A stretch of DNA of 64,000 nucleotides, taken from Mobula hypostoma (Eukaryota). Position 1 is the first letter of the stretch. The number at the start of each line of letters is the position of its first letter. A program made the translations under genes and the position numbers. Under the pieces are notes generated by a model. That model saw only the letters and a program-made list of their open reading frames with translations, had not been told where the DNA came from and made no database searches. The stretch spans positions 137,518,001 through 137,582,000 of the forward strand of contig NC_086097.1 of the NCBI RefSeq assembly GCF_963921235.1, read 5' to 3'. Shown here in pieces: positions 50,340 to 63,334 of this stretch.

Positions 50340-53300
50340 TGTCAAGAAATGTAGAGGAGGCTTGACCCAAAAGCAGAGCAACAGAGACAATTCAGCAGGG
50401 AACAATAATTTTAATAATAGACTACCAAAATAGCAAGCCTCGAAGGGCCTCAAAATGAGAGAACAGAAACTAAACACAACAGGTAACAAGTTAAACTTTA
50501 GGCAGAGAGAGTGAAAGCTAGGAGCAACTGTTTGAGGCCTACTGATTCGATGAGAGAACTAGTACTGTGGATAAGAACTGGGGTTAAATAGGCTACAGGT
50601 GATGAGTCTGGAACAAGTGGCAAATGAATCCGATAGGCTGGATAGAGAATGGGAGGTGTCAGCAAGAGCAGGCCTGCAAGGACACCCCTCCCCCATGGCT
50701 CACCCTAATAGCCCAGGACGATTTGCATGGGTCTGGTAGAACTCATCGATGAGTGACAGATCCAAGATATAACTGGACAGCCCCCAAGACCTCGCTTCTG
50801 GGCCCTACTCTCCCGAATCGACCAGGTACTGCACACCCCATCCATGGTGATGTGAATTCATCAACCAGTGAACTTGTACACTGCACCACTTCCACTGTCC
50901 TAGGTTCCAGAGGTGCAGATTTCAGATGGGTAGAGTGGTCTATGGACGACGGACTTGAGGCAGGACACATGCAAGTTAGGTGTGATCCTGAGGACAGTGG
51001 CAGCTGGAGATGGTAAGGTCTCGGCCTGAAACGTTGACTATACTCTTTTCCATAGATGCTGCTTGGCCTACTGAGTTTCTCCAGCATTTTGTGTGTGTTG
51101 CTTGCATTTCCAGCATCTGCAGATTTTCTCTTGTTTGGAGATGATAAGTGAGTGGACTGATGCAATGTTTGGTCTTGAAGGGATCAATGAACCAGGGAGA
51201 GATCTTGTGGGAGTTGGTGCACAGGGGTAGATCTTGGATGGACAGCCAGACACTGTCCTCAGGCCGGAGTAGTCTAGCTGGGCACTGACTATGGTTAGCC
51301 TGGTGGCAATAGGCACTGTTGGCGGCTAGGATGACCCTCCATGCAGACTTCCATGTATTCCGGCAGCTGCGAACCAGGGCTCTGGTGGATTGGACCTCCA
51401 CCGTGGGGTCCTCTGCAGAGAATAACAGGGGTTGGAAGGTGTGAAAGGGTGACTTACCTTTGGCAAAGGAGGTGTGTAGATTGTGGGACATTTCGGCCCA
51501 GAGCAGGCGCTTCTTGCACTTGGAAGGGTTAGAGGCAGCAAAGCATCACAGAAACTTCTCCACTTGCTGATTGGTTTCTTCTGACTGACTGTTGAACTGC
51601 AGATGATAGCCACAGGACAAATTCACTTTAGTGAGGAAGAGGGAGCAGAATGCTCACCAGAAGTAGGAGACAGATTTGGGGCCCTGGTCCAACACAAAGT
51701 CCTGAGGGAAGTTGCAGAGGCGAACTACATTGTTGGAGACCAGATCTGCTGTCTCCGTGGTGGATGGAAACTTGGGGAGGGCAATGAGGGCCTGGGAGAA
51801 CCGGACCACCACTGTCACGATCAGCGTGGCCCCATCAGAAGGTGGCAAACCTGTGATGGAATCCACGAAGATTGGGAACCATGGTCATCGGGGGTGTGCT
51901 GACTGGACTGGGCACACTGAGGGCAGGTAGTGATGAATTGACGCACATATGTAGACACAATATGTAGACGCACAATTGACACACATTTGCAGAAAATCCA
52001 GGATGTTTCGTATGGCTGGAGAGGGATGAGCAGTGGGCCCACTGGAGTGCATCAGAACGCACAGCCGACGGATGGTATGTATGGTTGTCAGGTGTGTCGG
52101 GTAGGACAAACTCATGCTGCAGGGCCTGGTGGATCTGGTTCTCAAGGTCCGAGACAACTTGGATGAGGATTTGAGAGGATGGAATAATGGGCTAAGTGTA
52201 GGTCTCTGTTTCAGTTGGGTCAAAATGTCAAAACAGGGTGTCTGCCTTTATGTCCTTGGAACTGGGACGTTGGGAGATGGTGAAGCTGAATTGTTTGAAG
52301 AAGAGGACCCAGTAAGGCTGACAGGGGTTGAGTTGATGGGTTTGAGGTTCTGGTGGTCAGCCCAGATCGGGAAAGTCTCGGTGTTTCCCATCAGCCAATG
52401 TCTCCACTCCTCCAAGGCTATTTATTAGAGAGTAACTCCCTGTCTCCCACTCTATAATGGCACTGTGTAGAATGGAGAATGGGAGCAGTGGGAAAGCGTC
52501 TCTTGAGCTACTCAAAAGTGTGGTCCATGGCAGCAAACCAGGTTGTCCGTGAGCTAGGTGGTTTGGTGAGGGAGGTGAGAGAGGTGGTGATTTGGCTGTA
52601 GTTTCTGATGAAACGGCAGTAGGAGTTGGAGAAGCTCAAGAAGTGCTGTAGCTGAGGGTGTGTGGTTGGGCAATCCAACGGCGATGTGCACTTTCTCTGT
52701 GTCCATGGTTATCCCTTGGGGGTGAAAGGGTGTTATCCAGGAAGGAGATGACTGGGGTGTGGAACTGGCATTTTTCTAACTTGCAGTACAGTCAGATTTT
52801 GAGGAGACGCTGAAGGACTGAACAGATGTGGTTTGGGGTTCTTGGAGAAAGATGAAGTTGCTGTCGAGGTAGCCAAACACCTAACTGTGTAGTGTCTCTT
52901 GGAGAAGCTCATGAATGATGGCTTGGAAAACACCTGGACTGTTGGAAAGTCCGAAAGGCATCACTGAGTATTCGTAGTTGCCAGTGGGTATTATGAATGC
53001 TATTTTCCATTCATTCCCCAGCGGATCTGGATCAGGTTGTAGGCAATCCATAGATCCATTTTGGAGTAGACCCCATGGAGTGTTTCGAATGTGCTCTCCA
53101 TCAAGGGGAGAGAGTCGTGGTTCTTAATGGTGATTTTAATGAGTCCACGGTAGTCATTGCAGAGACGAAGACACCCATCTTTCTTTTTGACAAAGAAGAA
53201 TCCTGCACTGGCTGGGGACTGGGATGGCTGAATGAAGCTGAGCTGTAGCTTTTCAGCGATATAGTCATTCATGGCTTGGGTCTCAGGAGGTTAGAGGGAT

Positions 53301-55036
53301 AAGAGACAACCTCAAGGAGTGGGTAGTACCTGGGAGGAGGTCGTTTGCATAGTTGTGTGGCCAGTGAGCCAGCAGGGTGCTGGCTTCCCATTTACTGATA
53401 GCAATGGTTAAGTCATAATAGTCCTCTGGAAGTTTTGGTGAGGTCGAGGGTTTCCTCCGTCTCCACAGATTTACGGGATAAAGTCAACTGAAGTTGCAGG
53501 CAGGTGGTCCAGCAAGTGGGTCACCAACTCAGCAGTGAACCAGATGTCCAGGTGATGTGAGGGTCATGAGTGGAGAGCCAGGAGTAACCCTGAATGAGAG
53601 GAGTGTTGGGTGAGTCGATCAGGAGGAGTTGGACTCCAGTGCTCATGTGCACCGGCCGTGTGTGCGCTCTGACCATCTCAGACCCCAAGGGACAGTTGTC
53701 AGTGGCCGTGATATAGAAGAGGTGAGAGACAGGTTTGGTTGGGAGTCCAGCCTGCACACACACAGTCTGATCCAGAAAGTAGTCTACTGCGCTGGAATCC
53801 ACCAGAGTCTCTTGTGCGTGTAGAGTTGACAGAGTATGGAGGAGGACCGAGAGAATGAGATAGGCTGTTGTGCTGGAATGAGGGGCCAAAGAGAGCTTTC
53901 TAGATAGGAGGCCCCTCGTCTCTACCTGGAGGTGCTGTTTTCCCAAATGCGGTGGCTATTTGATACATTGACTGCTCCACGGTAGGCAGACATGTTGTTT
54001 CTCCACCGATGGTCACATTCTTGGCGGTTTAAGGAATCTCTTCCTAACTGCCTGTGTTTCGGAGATGTTGGCAATGATCTGGAGGGTAAGACGCTTGTCA
54101 TCCGGAGAGCCAGGGTGATGAGGCTTTCAAGGTCAGTGGGCATTTCCCTGGTAGGTGGCTTGTCTTTCATGAGGGATTGGGATGGTAATGGGCCAGCAGT
54201 GCTTCTGCATTCCAGCTGCACTCTGCTGCAAATGTCCTGCATTCCACAGCGTAATCCAGCGCAGAGCGTGAGCCTTGGCCTAGGCAAAGTATCCAATCTG
54301 CTGACTCTCTTCCACTTCCCAGATGGTCAAAAACCCGATGCATCTCAGTGGTGAAATCTTCATTTTTGTTGCATATAGTGGCTTTATTGCTCTAGTTAGT
54401 AGTGGCCCAGTCAAGAGAGAGATGAGGAAAGCAGTCTTGGCCCAGCTGAAGCTTGAAGTGCAAGATGCACTGGGACAGGAAGTTGCGGCAACAGGTTAGG
54501 AATCTGTCGAAGTGTTTAGACGTGGGAATCTGGGGTTCAGGGGGAGGAGGTTGCTCTGCCACAGAGTTGCTGCATTGATGTAGAGTGTTGGAGAAAAGTA
54601 GCAGACTGGATTGTGTGCTCATGTTGGCAGACAGCTTCTTTCAGGTGAGCATACTATACTGGGTCAATCATTGGTTCACTCGTTCCATCAGGAATTGTAG
54701 AGGAAGGTTGTCCCAAAAGCAGAGCGGCAGAGATGATTCAGCAGTGAGCCATAACTTTGATAATAGACTACCAAAAGAACGTGTCACAAGGGGCCTCAAA
54801 ACAAGAGAGAACAGAAACTAAAGACAACTAGCAACAAATTAAACTTCAGGCAGGGAGAGTGAAAGCTAGGAGCAACTGGCTGGTTTGATGAATGAACAAG
54901 GACTGTGGGTGAGAACGGGTTAAATAGGCTGCAGGTGAGTCTGGAATAAATGACAGGTGAATCCTATATGCTGGACAGTGAATGGGAGGTACCTGCATGT
55001 GCAAGCCAGGAGGTGTCAATGGGAGCAGGGCTGACA
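50340..55036 (-). mobile_element. Full-length decayed Gypsy chromovirus-type (Sushi-like) LTR retrotransposon in ABHD5 intron 4
   Basis: Two related LTRs (~50340-50678 and ~54686-55036), 5-bp TSD AAAAC on both sides, PPT at ~50680-50694. Remnants: gag (CRNFLSQC), protease (LVDSSA), RT ([26 protein letters not shown]), integrase (MDSITGLPPS, DQGP), chromodomain (GVQYLVDSGE*GPEARSW). Confidence 0.92.
51016..51137 (+). mobile_element. Short Penelope-like pLTR fragment inserted in the Gypsy integrase region
   Basis: GGTCTCGGCCTGAAACGTTGAC...CAGCATCTGCAGATTTTCTCTTGTTT; flanking direct repeat TGGAGATGGTAAG (51005-51017) / TGGAGATGATAAG (51136-51148). Confidence 0.75.
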
Positions 55037-55233
55037 AAAACCACTTTGAACCATCCTGGACATGAAAGGTGCTATACAAATGTACACCACCTATAATTTT
55101 AGATACTGTAAAATCTTAGTAAATGCAAAATCAGACATTAACAATTAAGTTAATTTCATGTGGCAATATATAGAAACTTGATTGTTGGAATACAACATTT
55201 TTCAGTGATAAAATTACTTTATATTTACCATAG

Positions 55234-55348
55234 GTCCATTTCTAGTTCAGCGATTAAGGCCTGACTTCAAACAGAAGTTCTCTTCTGTATGTGAAGATGA
55301 AAATACCGTCACAGAGTACATTTATCACTGTAATGCACAGACTCCTAG
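55234..55348 (+). CDS. ABHD5: ABHD5 coding exon 5 ([37 protein letters not shown])
   Basis: CATAG acceptor, AG|GTAAGC donor, 115 nt; conserved [10 protein letters not shown] and TEYIYHCN. Not in the ORF track; read manually. Confidence 0.97.
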
Positions 55349-57865
55349 GTAAGCACTGAAATCAACTTTTCATTGTGACTGAGTATATTATTAATCTTCT
55401 GCTTCGATGGGGTTGCTCACTTCAGATAAGTCTTAACTGTAAATGATAGCAACTGCATTTCTGATAAAAGTTGATTAGTCATTTCAGTAAATAAGGCGTT
55501 TAGTTTTGATTCTTCCCATATTAGTATCTAAAGTCCAAAGTGATAAAATGTCACGAATTTCTGATCTGTAATCAGGAAATACCTATATCAACCTGAGAAT
55601 AGTTTAGGATTAAGAACATATCTTTGACCATTGTCGCTCCTCTTATGGACTAAATGGACATTCCATTGATCACTGTTTTTATAATGATAAGGAAGATCAG
55701 ATTGCTGAAAATTCATAAAATATGTGATTTAACGATCCATTTAAATAATCTAACGTCAACTATAACATTCTATTTGTTTTCTCCATTCTGCAAACAAATT
55801 TATTTATGGCTGAGATGTCATCTACCTCAGTGATCTTGTCATTTGTTAACTTATTTCAAAATTTGCTATTGTTCTAATTAGAATACCCAAGTGACCAATA
55901 TATGTCACATCTCTCCGGATTTCAACCCATGGAAATAGTATTGGGTAACTGCACCTAAAACAGCACTTTATTTCAGCTGAACAATTCCCAGTTTGAAAAC
56001 TTCAAATGGGGCAATTATGTTGAATTTAGACACAAGAATAAGCTACTTTTGCTAACCAATTTATAAAACACTTAGCCCAAAATAAAGATGTGTGTTAAAC
56101 TACTATTCTTATTTTAAATGTCCTAATTTATTTTTCTGTTTTAAAATGGTTAATAGATCTTCACACTTTTACCTGTGAACCACAATGTCATGAAATATTT
56201 GAAATGAGTCTACAACTTGTATGATCATTGTTATGCTCATACAAGATCCTCTTTTTAATGGAAAATAGATATTTGTTTTTCTCCAAGTAACAAAATATAA
56301 TTGTGTTGGGAAAACTTTGAATCTTGACAGAAGCTCAAATAAGCCTAAAAATCATAAATATTTTTAATATATGGTTTAGTAACTAGCTTACTGTGTTTTT
56401 CTTCATTTAAATAATATTAAAGAGGAAAAGGCAGGACATTTTCAGGAGTTATATTGACTCATATATCCTTAATCAAATATAGAAAATATGCAAGAAATGA
56501 GTCAGATCATGCGTTATGCTTTCAACAACATCTGGATGTCTTAGACACTTTCTGGTCAGTGATACACTTTATGAAGTGCAGTGATGAGATGTTACAAAAT
56601 TAGCAACCAATATTAATAGTCGTGAACAGCACATTTGCATCATAATGTCTTAAAGAAATCCCAAAAATATGCTTATTGTTTGGTGAAGTTCCATTCATGA
56701 TTTTTGGATGGAATTCAAAAATTCTTAAAATAGTTGGTATTATAACTGAATAGAATTATAGGTGGTTCTTGATTGTACCAGGTAATAGAAGAGAGAATTC
56801 CCATAGTGCAAAACCAGGGATAATGCAAAGAAGTTGCATGATACTTTATTATCAAGGAATTCTTTAAATAACAGGATAGACGAAGGAGAGTTAGTAGATG
56901 TTGTTTGCTTGGATTTCCCATGATATTACAGGAAAGATACTAGCATGAATAGAATATTGGCTGACTGGCAGGAGGCAAAGAGTGGGAAAAAGGGGCCTTC
57001 TCTGGTTGGCTGCTGGTGACTAGTGGTGTTCCGCAGGGGTTCAAATCAAATTAATTATCATTCAAACCATACATAGATATAACTGAACCAGACCGCATTC
57101 CACTTGGGCCAAGGTGCAAAAAATTCAAAATAGCAATCAACTGTTCAAAAATAGTGAGTAACATAATTCACAATACTGAGCAAAGAAGCATATTCACTCA
57201 AAAAAACATATATAGTCGAAGACCCTGAGCGATAATATCCAGCAATTGATGGTACAGTCTCCCAGCAATGTACAGACACATGCAATCCAGCCTGTCATTT
57301 CACTGCTGAAAAGCTGGGGGGGTGGGGGGTGGTGCTGGGCAGCACTGACTTGAGAGTCCAGGCCCCAGCCGAACTCAACCATGCTGTAGCACTTCCGTGT
57401 CTCTCACCTAGTCTGCAGCAGCAGCAGGCAAGCCTGACGTTTAAGGTTTAGTTCTCCCTACATTTGAGGCTACACAGCTCCCATGTCGACTATCCCTCCA
57501 CAAGACCAGGGTAACGGGCCTGCGGCAACTTACATTATCAATGTCCAACAAGGACTTTCGATCGCGAGTGAAATATCCAAGACAATCTCCCACAGTTATA
57601 CTGCACCAGCTTCGATGCTTCTGAGTAGTTGGCAGCAGCAACACCATCTGCAGCCAGGTCAGCTTCTCCGAACCCAAACTGGCTCCTCCAATATCCCAAC
57701 GGGTTCCTCCGACACCATGGTCGACTGCTTTACCTCAGCTGGTTCCACTGCTGACACCAGTCCAGCTATTCCGATCAACGAGCAGGTCACTAATGGAGTA
57801 GCCTTGCAGTACCCGATATTCTTAGAGTAGAATTGTCTTTGGATTGTAAAAGAAAACAAATTTTA

Positions 57866-58694
57866 TGAAACCCCCTTTTACTGGGCATCACTGGAAACAT
57901 GGCTGGTTAGCCCCTCGCTAACAAGCCAATGGACTCTGCAATGAGAAAGCTACCTTTCTCAACCTCCGTATGTCTAGAGTTGATATGACTTGGGTCCCAC
58001 CAGACCGGGAGAGCCAGGATGTTTCGAACACCTGCACCCCAATCTTGAGTGAATACTGTGTAAATGCTGCCCACTTGCAATTAATTACCTGTCAGCAAGA
58101 AATAACTTGCAAGATTATACACTGCAAACAATTATAAAGTTTATTCACAAATTTCAGCTTTATCGAACTGTTAGTAGGAAAAAGATTTTTTAAAAGTCCC
58201 ATTACAGTTAACCCAGTCCAAATGTGCACACAAGTTGAAGCTCATCTTGAAGTTGCCTTTAACTCACGTGCTGGACCCAGTATCTGTGTGAAAGCACACA
58301 CCTCCTTCCAAATGTCGCTCGAAATCCATCACAAACGGGTCCCCAATGGGAGTATTGGTCCTTTCTTCTTGAAGCCATTCATCTGCACAAAGCACCTTGT
58401 GCAACAGGGACGGTATCCTCAGCCATCTTCCCTTCAGTCTTCTCCCAGCTCTTGCCAAAAAGCCCTTGACCCACACCAGTGTCCGTCACAAAAACCTCTT
58501 CGCCCAACGTTCTCTAGAACCTTCTTCCAATTCCACCATCTTGATTGGCTGACAACATTCCTAAGTTGAACAACATATCCCCTTATCTTTAGCTCAGACC
58601 CAAACATGCTAAAATTAGAACAGACTGCTCTTACAGAACAGCTAAAATTAAATACCTACAGCATAGCAGTAAAGATCTTAACCAGGGAGTTACA
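57866..58694 (-). mobile_element. Solo LTR in ABHD5 intron 5
   Basis: TG...CA termini, perfect 4-bp TSD TTTA (57862-57865 / 58695-58698), homologous to 26542-27165. Confidence 0.8.
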
Positions 58695-58894
58695 TTTACA
58701 AAGGAAAAAGCACATTCAGTTGGCCCCCGAGAGGCTGTTGGGTTTGCAAATGCTGCCACCTTACCAGAAGGATGTTGGGACTGCCTCTCTTCACATTTTT
58801 TGTCAGTAATTTGGATGACTTTGTGGCCAACTGCTGCTTCCTCAACAGAATGGGCAAACAGGTAGCTGATGGTATATTGTGAAGGACGTGTATG

Positions 58895-60275
58895 GTCATG
58901 AACTTTGGTAGAAGGAATAAAGGCGTAGACTATTTTCTAAATGGGGATCAATTCAGAAATGAGAGGTGCAAAGGGATTTGGAAGTCCTTGTGCAGGATTC
59001 CTTAAAGGTTAACTTGCAGGTTGAGTCAGTGGTAAAGAAGGCAAATAGAATATTGGTATTCACCTTCGAGAGGACTAGAATATAAAAGCAAAAATGTAAT
59101 GCCAGCTTTATAGGGCAAAAAATGATCCTAGGAATGAAAGGGTTTGCATATGAAGAGCATTTGATGTCTCTGGGCCTGTACTCACTGGAATTTAGCAGAA
59201 TGAGAAGAGAATCTCATTGAAACCTATTGAATATTGAAAGGCCTCTACAGAGTGAATGTAGAGAGGGTGTTTCCTGTAGTGGGGAAGTCTAGGACCAGAC
59301 AGCACAGTCTCACAATAGAAAGACATCTTTAAAAAAGAGATGAGGCGGATTTTCTTTAGCCAGAAGGTGGTGAATGTGTAGAATTCATGCCAGAGATGGT
59401 TTGTGGAGGGCAAATCATTGGTATATTTAAAGCGGTGGTAGATTGGTTCTTGATTAGTAAGAGTGTAAAAGATTGCAGGGAGAAGGCAGGAGAATGGGTT
59501 TGAGAGGGATAGTAAATCACCCATGATGGAATGGTGGAACAGACTCAATGGGCCAAATGGCCAGATTGTGCCCCTGTGTCTTAAGGTCTTACTTTTCTTG
59601 GTATTGTGACTCTTTTTTAAACAAAGTAATTCCGTAGCTAAGTACTGTAATTTATCATGGTCCAGCCGTGAAAGTAACGGACTTTCCCTAAGCTCCATGT
59701 GAAATATGGGAGCCCACTTCAGGCTCCAGTGGGGATAGGGGCAACCCATTTCAGGATATTAGCTGCTACAGCATCCTGCTGGAATGATTGGATTCAGAGC
59801 TGATGATGGTATGTATGAATGTGGGGGAGGTTGGTGTTTTGGACAACACAGTTACAGAGTCATAAAGCAGGCCACATGACCCAACCTGTCCGTAGCAACC
59901 ATGGTGCCCACCCAGCTTTTCCCAGTTTCCTGTGTTTTAGCCCATAGCCCTCTAAACCCTGTCCTTCCATGTGCCCATCCAAGTGCATTTTAAATGGTGC
60001 TATTGTACTTGCTTTAACCACTCCTGCTTGCCCTCTATTCCATGTACTCACCACCCTATTAAATTATTTCCCCACTCGCCCTAAACCCCTGCCCTTGGTT
60101 TTGGACTCTCCTACCCTGGGGGAAAAGACCGTTACCTTCCATGTTATCTATGCTTATAGTTTTAAACGCTTCTGACAGGTTGCCCCTCATTCTCTGATAT
60201 TCCAAGGAATAAAGATCTGACCTGACCATTCTCTCCCTGTAAGGCACACCCTCTAGTTCTGGTAAAATCCTGATT
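58895..60275. mobile_element. Degenerate CR1 3' fragments (plus ~58895-59585, minus ~59855-60275)
   Basis: Recognisable CR1 C-terminal coding remnants (GLYSLEF, LKGL.RV, TR.HSL) and 3' UTRs. Confidence 0.7.
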
Positions 60276-60648
60276 GATACACAAATTGGATTAACTGCTA
60301 CTGAATAGCCTGGGGTTACTTGCTTCAATCTCAGGTAAAAAGAAGATTTAAAGTAAAGAATTGTAGAATTGAATTCCAGTGACAAGAAACTCATTAACTT
60401 CGATTTGCTTTCTTCAACCATTTGATGATTGAAATTTCATGGCTCTTACTGCATTAATTTGTTTTATCTCAGAAGATGGGTAAATCTTTTCAGTTTAACA
60501 TCCGATTCACATTGCTGAGCAGTTGCATGATGACAACAATAAAGTGTTGTCAACTTTGCAGCTTTCTCCAGCTGAATCGTAATAAAAGAAGGAATGGAAA
60601 TAAAATTGTAGAAATACCTTAAAACCTTTACCTCCTCTATGTTTTTAG

Positions 60649-60835
60649 TGGTGAAACGGCTTTCAAGAATATGACCATTCCTTTTGGTTGGGCTAAACAG
60701 CCTATGCTTTTGAGGATTAATCAGATTCAAGAGGACATCTCCATTACAGTGATTCATGGAGCGCGTTCCTGCATAGATGGTATCTCCAGGAAACAGATAA
60801 AGGCACTAAGACCAAAATCCTCAGTGAATGTAGTA
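60649..60835 (+). CDS. ABHD5: ABHD5 coding exon 6 ([20 protein letters not shown]...HGARSCIDG...[10 protein letters not shown])
   Basis: TTTTTAG acceptor, GTA|GTAAGT donor, 187 nt, ends phase 0; conserved [15 protein letters not shown] and GARSCIDG. Confidence 0.97.
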
Positions 60836-60991
60836 GTAAGTAAATGAGACCATCTATTTTTAATCAGGTTCTTGATATAAAGCCTACCAGAAATTGGACA
60901 ATAAATGGGAACTATGGAAACTTGGGTTGTTGGGCACTGTATCAAGGATGAGTCTTGTAAAATTGTCATGAAGGAACAACCTCATACATAA

Positions 60992-61273
60992 AAGTAAAAC
61001 ACATAAAAGTTGCTGGTGAACGCAACAGGCCAGGCAGCATCTCTAGGAAGAGGTGCAGTCGATGTTTCAGGCCGAGACCCTTCGTCAGGACTAACTGAAG
61101 GAAGAGTGAGTAAGGGATTTTCCTTCAGTTAGTCCTGACGAAGGGTCTCGGCCTGAAACGTCGACTGCACCTCTTCCTACAGATGCTGCCTGGCCTGCTG
61201 CATTCGCCAGCAACTTTTATATGTTTTACTTGAATTTCCAGCATCTGCAGAATTCCTGTTGTTTGCGTTTAAA
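60992..61273. mobile_element. Penelope-like insertion made of two pLTR fragments in inverted orientation
   Basis: Arms 60992-61103 and 61120-61231 (112 bp each, ~6 mismatches, 16-nt spacer); perfect 14-bp TSD AACCTCATACATAA at 60978-60991 and 61274-61287. Confidence 0.85.
61131..61166 (+). ncRNA. Putative minimal type-I hammerhead ribozyme (Penelope-derived), ABHD5 intron 6, sense
   Basis: Same 36-nt sequence as 44159-44194; predicted cleavage after 61162. Confidence 0.65.
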
Positions 61274-63149
61274 AACCTCATACATAATGTGTGTACAATC
61301 AGTATACAACTTGCCTGTTTCAGTGCAGAGATAGACCTGTTCATCTATTTCCACCCTTAACATTACATTCGCATAGATGCTTACTTCATTGCTTGTTCAT
61401 TTTTGCATACAAGCAGTAAGTATTTGAGCTTTTAAAGATTTTTTGAAGTTTCACTCTTGCTGATTCCTGACTTTGATGGCCAGCTCTATTGGCTGATGTG
61501 CAATTTGCTAGATGCTTCATGATTTTTTTGCGACCTCACTTCATCACTTTCTAAAACTCTCTGCACCATTTACTCTTATTGAGTGTGAAGAAGCCAAGAA
61601 TTTACAATATAATTACTTCAATGAAATAAGGTGCTTTGTCCAGTCTATTTATTGAGTGTACAGTCTTCTGAAGTGATGATTTTCCCTGGTGTTCTTAACT
61701 TACATTCATTTGGGCAGGCACAAGTTGGAAGGGTTAAATCAGCCTTCAGAGTTCAGTTAATTGTCTCTTGCTTCCTTTTTCTGTCTTAAAGTTATTAGAA
61801 AAGGAGCAGCTCATTACAGTCTTTATCACCATGGATGCTAGTTTTCGTTACATGCAATCTTCCTTGGGAATATTCTCATGATTATCTCATTGCTTCTTCA
61901 AGACATGCTGTCAAGGGAGCTGACCTTGGTTATCTGAATGTTTTAGTTCAACTATTGGAATCACATGCAAATTCTAAAGTACATTGTTCAGAGACTTTTG
62001 TAGTAACGTCTCAGTAATTGTGCTTTAACTCTCCGAGTTTTCCAAAGTGTAACTAAATACCCAAATTTCAGGGACACATCATCAAGATGATATCAATATT
62101 TAATATATAACTAATAAAATAAACTATCAGTATCTTCAATATGCTATTAATGTATGATTGATAACTGATAATGTATATATTATCAATGTTCTGAGAAAAT
62201 CTGTATCTAAGCTAAAGCATTTGTATTTGAGGTACTGTTGTATGTCGATTCTTTCTTATTGTAGTTCATTTCAGCTTTTGTATTTCAGACGACTCCTGGG
62301 TATCCTAAGTTGGCATATTTTTGACAACGTTTCGTCCTTTGCTCTTAATAGATCCGATTCTAGCCTCTAAAGTGACCTTGTTTTAGAGGAACACAAAGCT
62401 AATCTTTCAAGTTATGGTGGCATTTAATGGAATGGCTGGAGGGAAATTTTTATTTGAGGGGGAAAAATGCTTTTAAAGTTTATCATTGTAAGATGTTGAC
62501 AAAGATTTACACCTGCTGAAAATGTGAAACTAGCTACCTAAGGAAGTAAATGAGGTGATTACGATAAGCAGTGACTGGACAAGTGTATGAGAAAGAGAAG
62601 AATGGAGGGTTTGTCTCTTAACTCTAGATAAGAAAAAATGGGACAAGGGTTGAACCACGGATGGACTGGTTTGAACCACAAACTGGTTTTTATCTCATTA
62701 TACTCTCACGGTAACTTCTAAATTACTTCTTAAGTACATAAAATTATATAGATTACAACTTTAAGAACTAAACTAATATACTTTAAATCACTTTAAGGTC
62801 ATCCAACCCTACAGATTTACCTAACATGGTGAATTACATTCCAGTGTAATGCAGAATTCAGACAATGCTATACTGGAGTCTTAGGGATGACACAGTTAGT
62901 CAAAGTCCCATCTATCCTCTGAAGTTATCACATGTCACTTTTTGAATAATAGGAGTACTCCCTGAAGTCCCAATTTTAAATGAAGCCTTTTGGATGCTTT
63001 ATCTATATTGACTGATACATGATATTATCAATATCTCAATCTCTTGAAAAGAAAAATAATAGACATTTACAAAACTTTGGAGCCTTGAAATTTACTTGTG
63101 AATGTTCTAAGATATAACCATCAAATAATCTAAAGCAAGAATCAATCTT

Positions 63150-63209
63150 TCTCTCTCTATCTCTCTCTCTATCTCTCTATCTCTATCTCTATCTCTATCT
63201 CTCTCTCTA

Positions 63210-63241
<32 letters not shown>
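63150..63241. repeat. Compound (CT)n/(CTAT)/(AT)n microsatellite
   Basis: Directly visible. Confidence 0.95.
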
Positions 63242-63334
63242 ATTATATCAAAATTTAAAAAATGCTTTATACATGTATCTCTAATGTAAAATTATATTAA
63301 ATAAAATCTTAAATTGTTCTACATCAAAAAAAGG

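Noticed and set aside
35790..60835. Assignment to ABHD4
   Set aside because: GHN rather than GHS, GARSC Arg, and VEPWGFPER match ABHD5.
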